A DNA stretch of 64,000 nucleotides from Acanthaster planci (taxonomy: Eukaryota). The stretch lies in assembly GCF_001949145.1 (NCBI RefSeq), contig NW_019091359.1:2244540-2308539 (forward strand), read 5' to 3'. Below are positions 59,969 to 64,000 of this stretch, one piece after another; position 1 is the stretch's first letter, and each line of letters starts with the position of its first letter. The notes under the pieces are model-generated. The model ran no database searches, had not been told where the DNA came from, and saw only the letters and a list, made by a program, of their open reading frames with translations. The position numbers were made by a program, and so were the translations under genes.

Positions 59969-62025
59969 TGCAGGGCTGGTCGTTTATACAGCGCAGCGTT
60001 TCCTAAACTAAAGCTGGGTAATTTTTCCTAAAAAACAGTCATGACAGTCACTGGACTCCACCGGGCCCGCGAGCTGTACTATATCCGGTACATCCATGTC
60101 TTGAAGACACAGATTGAGGGCGCTGTTCTAATTTGATAGGGATAATGGATTGCCGGTTCAAAGCTTACACCAATCCCGTATCCCAGCCCCCAATCCTTGC
60201 GAGAAAGTGATCTGCAGCTAACTGCATGCTGTGCTAGGTATTTTGCATTTGTAGAGCACCTCTAAGGAAACATGTTTTCTCTGATTTCATTTTCAAATAA
60301 ATGTGGAATCATCCAATTCGAACGCAGAGTCATTTGTCTTCATGAAGAGCTCAACTAACAACTGCTAAAAAGGGCTTCTGTTCATGCTAATAACAGAGGA
60401 TGCTTGTTAATGTTGATACCTCGTCTCGGTTCGCACTATCAACCCCTTAAGTTTCCAATTTACACCGCCTAATTGTACGCTTTGAATCTGGAAGAAAATA
60501 TATCCTTGTATGGGCATCCCTTGGGTGGGGCAGGGGGCAATCTCAGTACTTCAACTTCATCCAACCCCTTCCAATGTCGTGGGTTTTGTCATCCCCACCC
60601 CACCCCCCCCCAAAAAAGTCTATCCTGGTGATGCCTATACATGTACACGTACTTCCACAAACGACCAACTGATTGTCACTTCAGGCTAGTATGATGAATT
60701 GTTACTTTATTCAAAACGTCTGAATCAACAAAATGACAAAATTGAATTTGGTGATTAATATAATTTTTTTGAAAACAATTACGCTGTGGCTGGTTATCCA
60801 AATTCCTTGGGAAGGTCCAACAATGGATTGAAGCCTTGTCTATCTTGTCAACCAGGCCCCGCCGTTGCCTGAGCAGAGACTGGGGGAGGGGGGGTTCGTC
60901 AAACCAAAAGTGGAACTCTTGGCACTGTGAACACATATTTTTATACAAAGGCCTATCACAATGAGCTTTGGAATACAACATTGAAAAGTTGCATGTCTGT
61001 CGTGAACCAAAGGTTGCATTTAGACTTGGACATTGTAGTTTTCAATATTGAATAAACTGAACAAAATACATTGATTTCAAACCCTTTGAAACACCTAAAA
61101 TGTGGATATTTGCCAGAACTTCCTGACGGTAAATATGACTAGAGATTGACTCATTAATATGCAAAATTGTGGTCAGCTTGTGCTTGAGAATCAACGCATA
61201 AGCCGTGGCTCGTATGCCGAATATTACAGTCTATTTAAAATATTCAGTAAAAAAAAAAAAAGACCACCAACAAGCAGAACTCAGAAGCAAGGGGGGGGGT
61301 TGTTCGAACCCCTCAAACCCGCCCCCCCCAGCCTACGGGCCTGTCAACAGTCCAGTATATGACAATACAGTCATTTTGTATGTACATATAATGGAGTGAG
61401 TTCTGTCAGTATCAACCCAGTACAGGATAAATAGAGGAAGCAGGGATTAAAGAGTGTACAGTTCACCTGTTAGGGCAATTTTGCATCTTTTTTTTTTCTT
61501 GCATTCTATGCTTCATGAGCTTTCTGCGACCAAGTGCCATAAAGAAACCCTGATAATTCTACTGAAAAGCATACCTATTTGACCTCAGTTATGCAAAAAT
61601 GCTGAAGTCCGACAAGGGCACAGCAGCTCTCCTAAACTAAACTAAAAAAGTTGAAAAGGCCAATTTCCCCTCAGCAAATATTCTAAACAGATAAGTCTTA
61701 CTAAAGGTACGATTACAGCCCCTTGTTACCAGTAATTTGTCTGTCCAACCATCTGTGTATTTCCTTACGAGAAAAAAAGTTATGATGGACTGCACCGCCA
61801 TCTTGTTATATACATGTAAGTGATTCTCATCTTTGCTGGCGTGTTCCTGTGCCGACCCCAACGATGTAATTAGTTGAGGCACATACTGACCAAAGGTCAA
61901 TTTCTGCCACGAAAAACCTCCTAAAACCAGCTGAAAGTAACCCTCGATAGTTTCTCTTTTTTTTTCTCTCTTTACAAATTGTGCAGCCAAATTAATGTGC
62001 TTCACAACAAGGTCCCTAGCAGCGG

Positions 62026-62739
62026 TTATCCTTTAATGACTGCGATCGGTCTCAGCTTAATGGCCTTCTTGCTGATGTTGGCCATGTGACAGGTATCCAC
62101 CACGTCTGTGACATTCTTGTACGATTCTGGTGCCTAAGAGAGAAAAGATGGATATTCTTCAAATAAAGTGCCACTTCATGGCATTGTAGAATAGCCCTGT
62201 TTTTATTTTGCTATTTTATACGGTAGACATGTTACAATGTAATTGTTATTGTAATTTTGATTATAGTTTAATTTCTTAAGTCGTTGGACTCAATGGGAGA
62301 CTTTGAGATGCTGGTGGCAGCAGACATACCGGTCCTTTTTCAAGGTGCACATGCTCAGAACTGTGCATACATGCTCAGAACACTGTGCACATGCTCAGAA
62401 CTGGTAAAAAGGACCGGTATGTTCATCGCCACCAAATGTCTCAAAATCTTCCATTATATACATGTATATAGATCCGCGTGTTGCACGTAACTGGACAAAT
62501 TTCCTGGAAAGGAAGAAATAAATTCAATGCAGTGCAATATGACGCAGCGCGACGTAACCAGACCAAGCCAGATGGGAGGGGATAGGACCAGAAACAGGAA
62601 AACTTATCCTGTAATTTACCTCCTCCATGACGAGTTTAGGAGAGGCAACTCGGATGGAGATACCTTGGCTTTGAAGCTTACTAAGCACGGCGTGGTAGTC
62701 CAGGTTACGGCGTGATTTGGATCGGGACCAAGCACGCCC
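62026..62739 (-). CDS. RTCB: RNA-splicing ligase RtcB homolog, last two exons (gene continues into the gap or beyond the window)
   Basis: Exon 62739-62620 gives [40 protein letters not shown]. Exon 62133-62026 gives [35 protein letters not shown]. Confidence 0.96.
62292..62455. mobile_element. Hairpin MITE with three internal CATGCTCAGAAC direct repeats, in the last intron of RTCB
   Basis: AATGGGAGACTTTGAGA...ACATACCGGTCCTTTTT pairs with AAAAAGGACCGGTATGT...TCTCAAAATCTTCCATT. Confidence 0.7.
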
Positions 62740-62836
62740 CTGGAAAGGCAATAATTGACAGAAAAAGATTACCTCATGACGTATTCGAAACATTTCCTGA
62801 AGAAAAAAGTGAAGGCAAATGAAAGCTTCACGTTAC

Positions 62837-63605
62837 NNNNNNNNNNNNNNNNNNNNNNNNNNNNNNNNNNNNNNNNNNNNNNNNNNNNNNNNNNNNNNNN
62901 NNNNNNNNNNNNNNNNNNNNNNNNNNNNNNNNNNNNNNNNNNNNNNNNNNNNNNNNNNNNNNNNNNNNNNNNNNNNNNNNNNNNNNNNNNNNNNNNNNNN
63001 NNNNNNNNNNNNNNNNNNNNNNNNNNNNNNNNNNNNNNNNNNNNNNNNNNNNNNNNNNNNNNNNNNNNNNNNNNNNNNNNNNNNNNNNNNNNNNNNNNNN
63101 NNNNNNNNNNNNNNNNNNNNNNNNNNNNNNNNNNNNNNNNNNNNNNNNNNNNNNNNNNNNNNNNNNNNNNNNNNNNNNNNNNNNNNNNNNNNNNNNNNNN
63201 NNNNNNNNNNNNNNNNNNNNNNNNNNNNNNNNNNNNNNNNNNNNNNNNNNNNNNNNNNNNNNNNNNNNNNNNNNNNNNNNNNNNNNNNNNNNNNNNNNNN
63301 NNNNNNNNNNNNNNNNNNNNNNNNNNNNNNNNNNNNNNNNNNNNNNNNNNNNNNNNNNNNNNNNNNNNNNNNNNNNNNNNNNNNNNNNNNNNNNNNNNNN
63401 NNNNNNNNNNNNNNNNNNNNNNNNNNNNNNNNNNNNNNNNNNNNNNNNNNNNNNNNNNNNNNNNNNNNNNNNNNNNNNNNNNNNNNNNNNNNNNNNNNNN
63501 NNNNNNNNNNNNNNNNNNNNNNNNNNNNNNNNNNNNNNNNNNNNNNNNNNNNNNNNNNNNNNNNNNNNNNNNNNNNNNNNNNNNNNNNNNNNNNNNNNNN
63601 NNNNN
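62837..63605. other. Assembly gap
   Basis: Run of N. Confidence 0.99.
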
Positions 63606-64000
63606 TGTAGGACATTCAAAAGATGTGAGCGGACATTGAGAAGAAATCCACTGAAAGAACTACATGTATAATTAAAATTTCAAATTTAATAAGTTGTGCT
63701 TCTAAACAAAGACAGAGAAAATGTAGTTAGGGCTTAATTAATGCACAATCCAGATCTTCTCAAGTTATATTCAGAATATTTCATAAAACCTGGACAAGCA
63801 ATTCTCCATCTTTCAATCAAGTGAACAATTGCAATGTCTAACAAACCAACTGCTGGAGAAACACTGTGGTTTTACTACCACTGGAAAAGTGACTGCAGTT
63901 TCATTTCAAAAATAGTGCTTTTGCATTGGTTCAGGCACATTAAAATCAACATTTGTACTTGACTGGCACAATTTCCGACAGCATATGCACAGAAGTATGT

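Noticed and set aside
32788..62739. U12-type introns in the housekeeping genes
   Set aside because: All assembled introns are GT-AG, and none has the RTATCCTT 5' splice site.

Overview
Eukaryotic (metazoan) genomic DNA with spliceosomal introns and two assembly gaps (28192-28646, 62837-63605). The gene set and repeat types suggest an invertebrate deuterostome, probably an echinoderm; this is inference. The left half (about 1-31 kb) is a repeat-rich tandem array of intronless rhodopsin-family GPCRs on the minus strand: three intact genes, one copy broken by a single inserted in-frame TAA, and two decayed relics. The array shows segmental duplication, apparent gene conversion, and divergence concentrated in the predicted ligand pocket. 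A decayed Penelope-like retroelement and many MITEs lie among these genes. The right half (about 32-64 kb) is a compact block of housekeeping genes whose exons I assembled by hand: ANKRD16 (+), TAFAZZIN (-), TRMT10C (-), TXNL4B (+), ZCRB1 (-) and the last two exons of RTCB (-). The best candidate for new biology is the GPCR array, a putative chemoreceptor family that lacks the class A disulfide and carries acidic residues near positions 3.32 and 5.43. Also notable are a tRNA-bearing inverted-repeat element and an exon-derived tandem repeat after the ANKRD16 stop. No prokaryotic-type system or CRISPR array is present.
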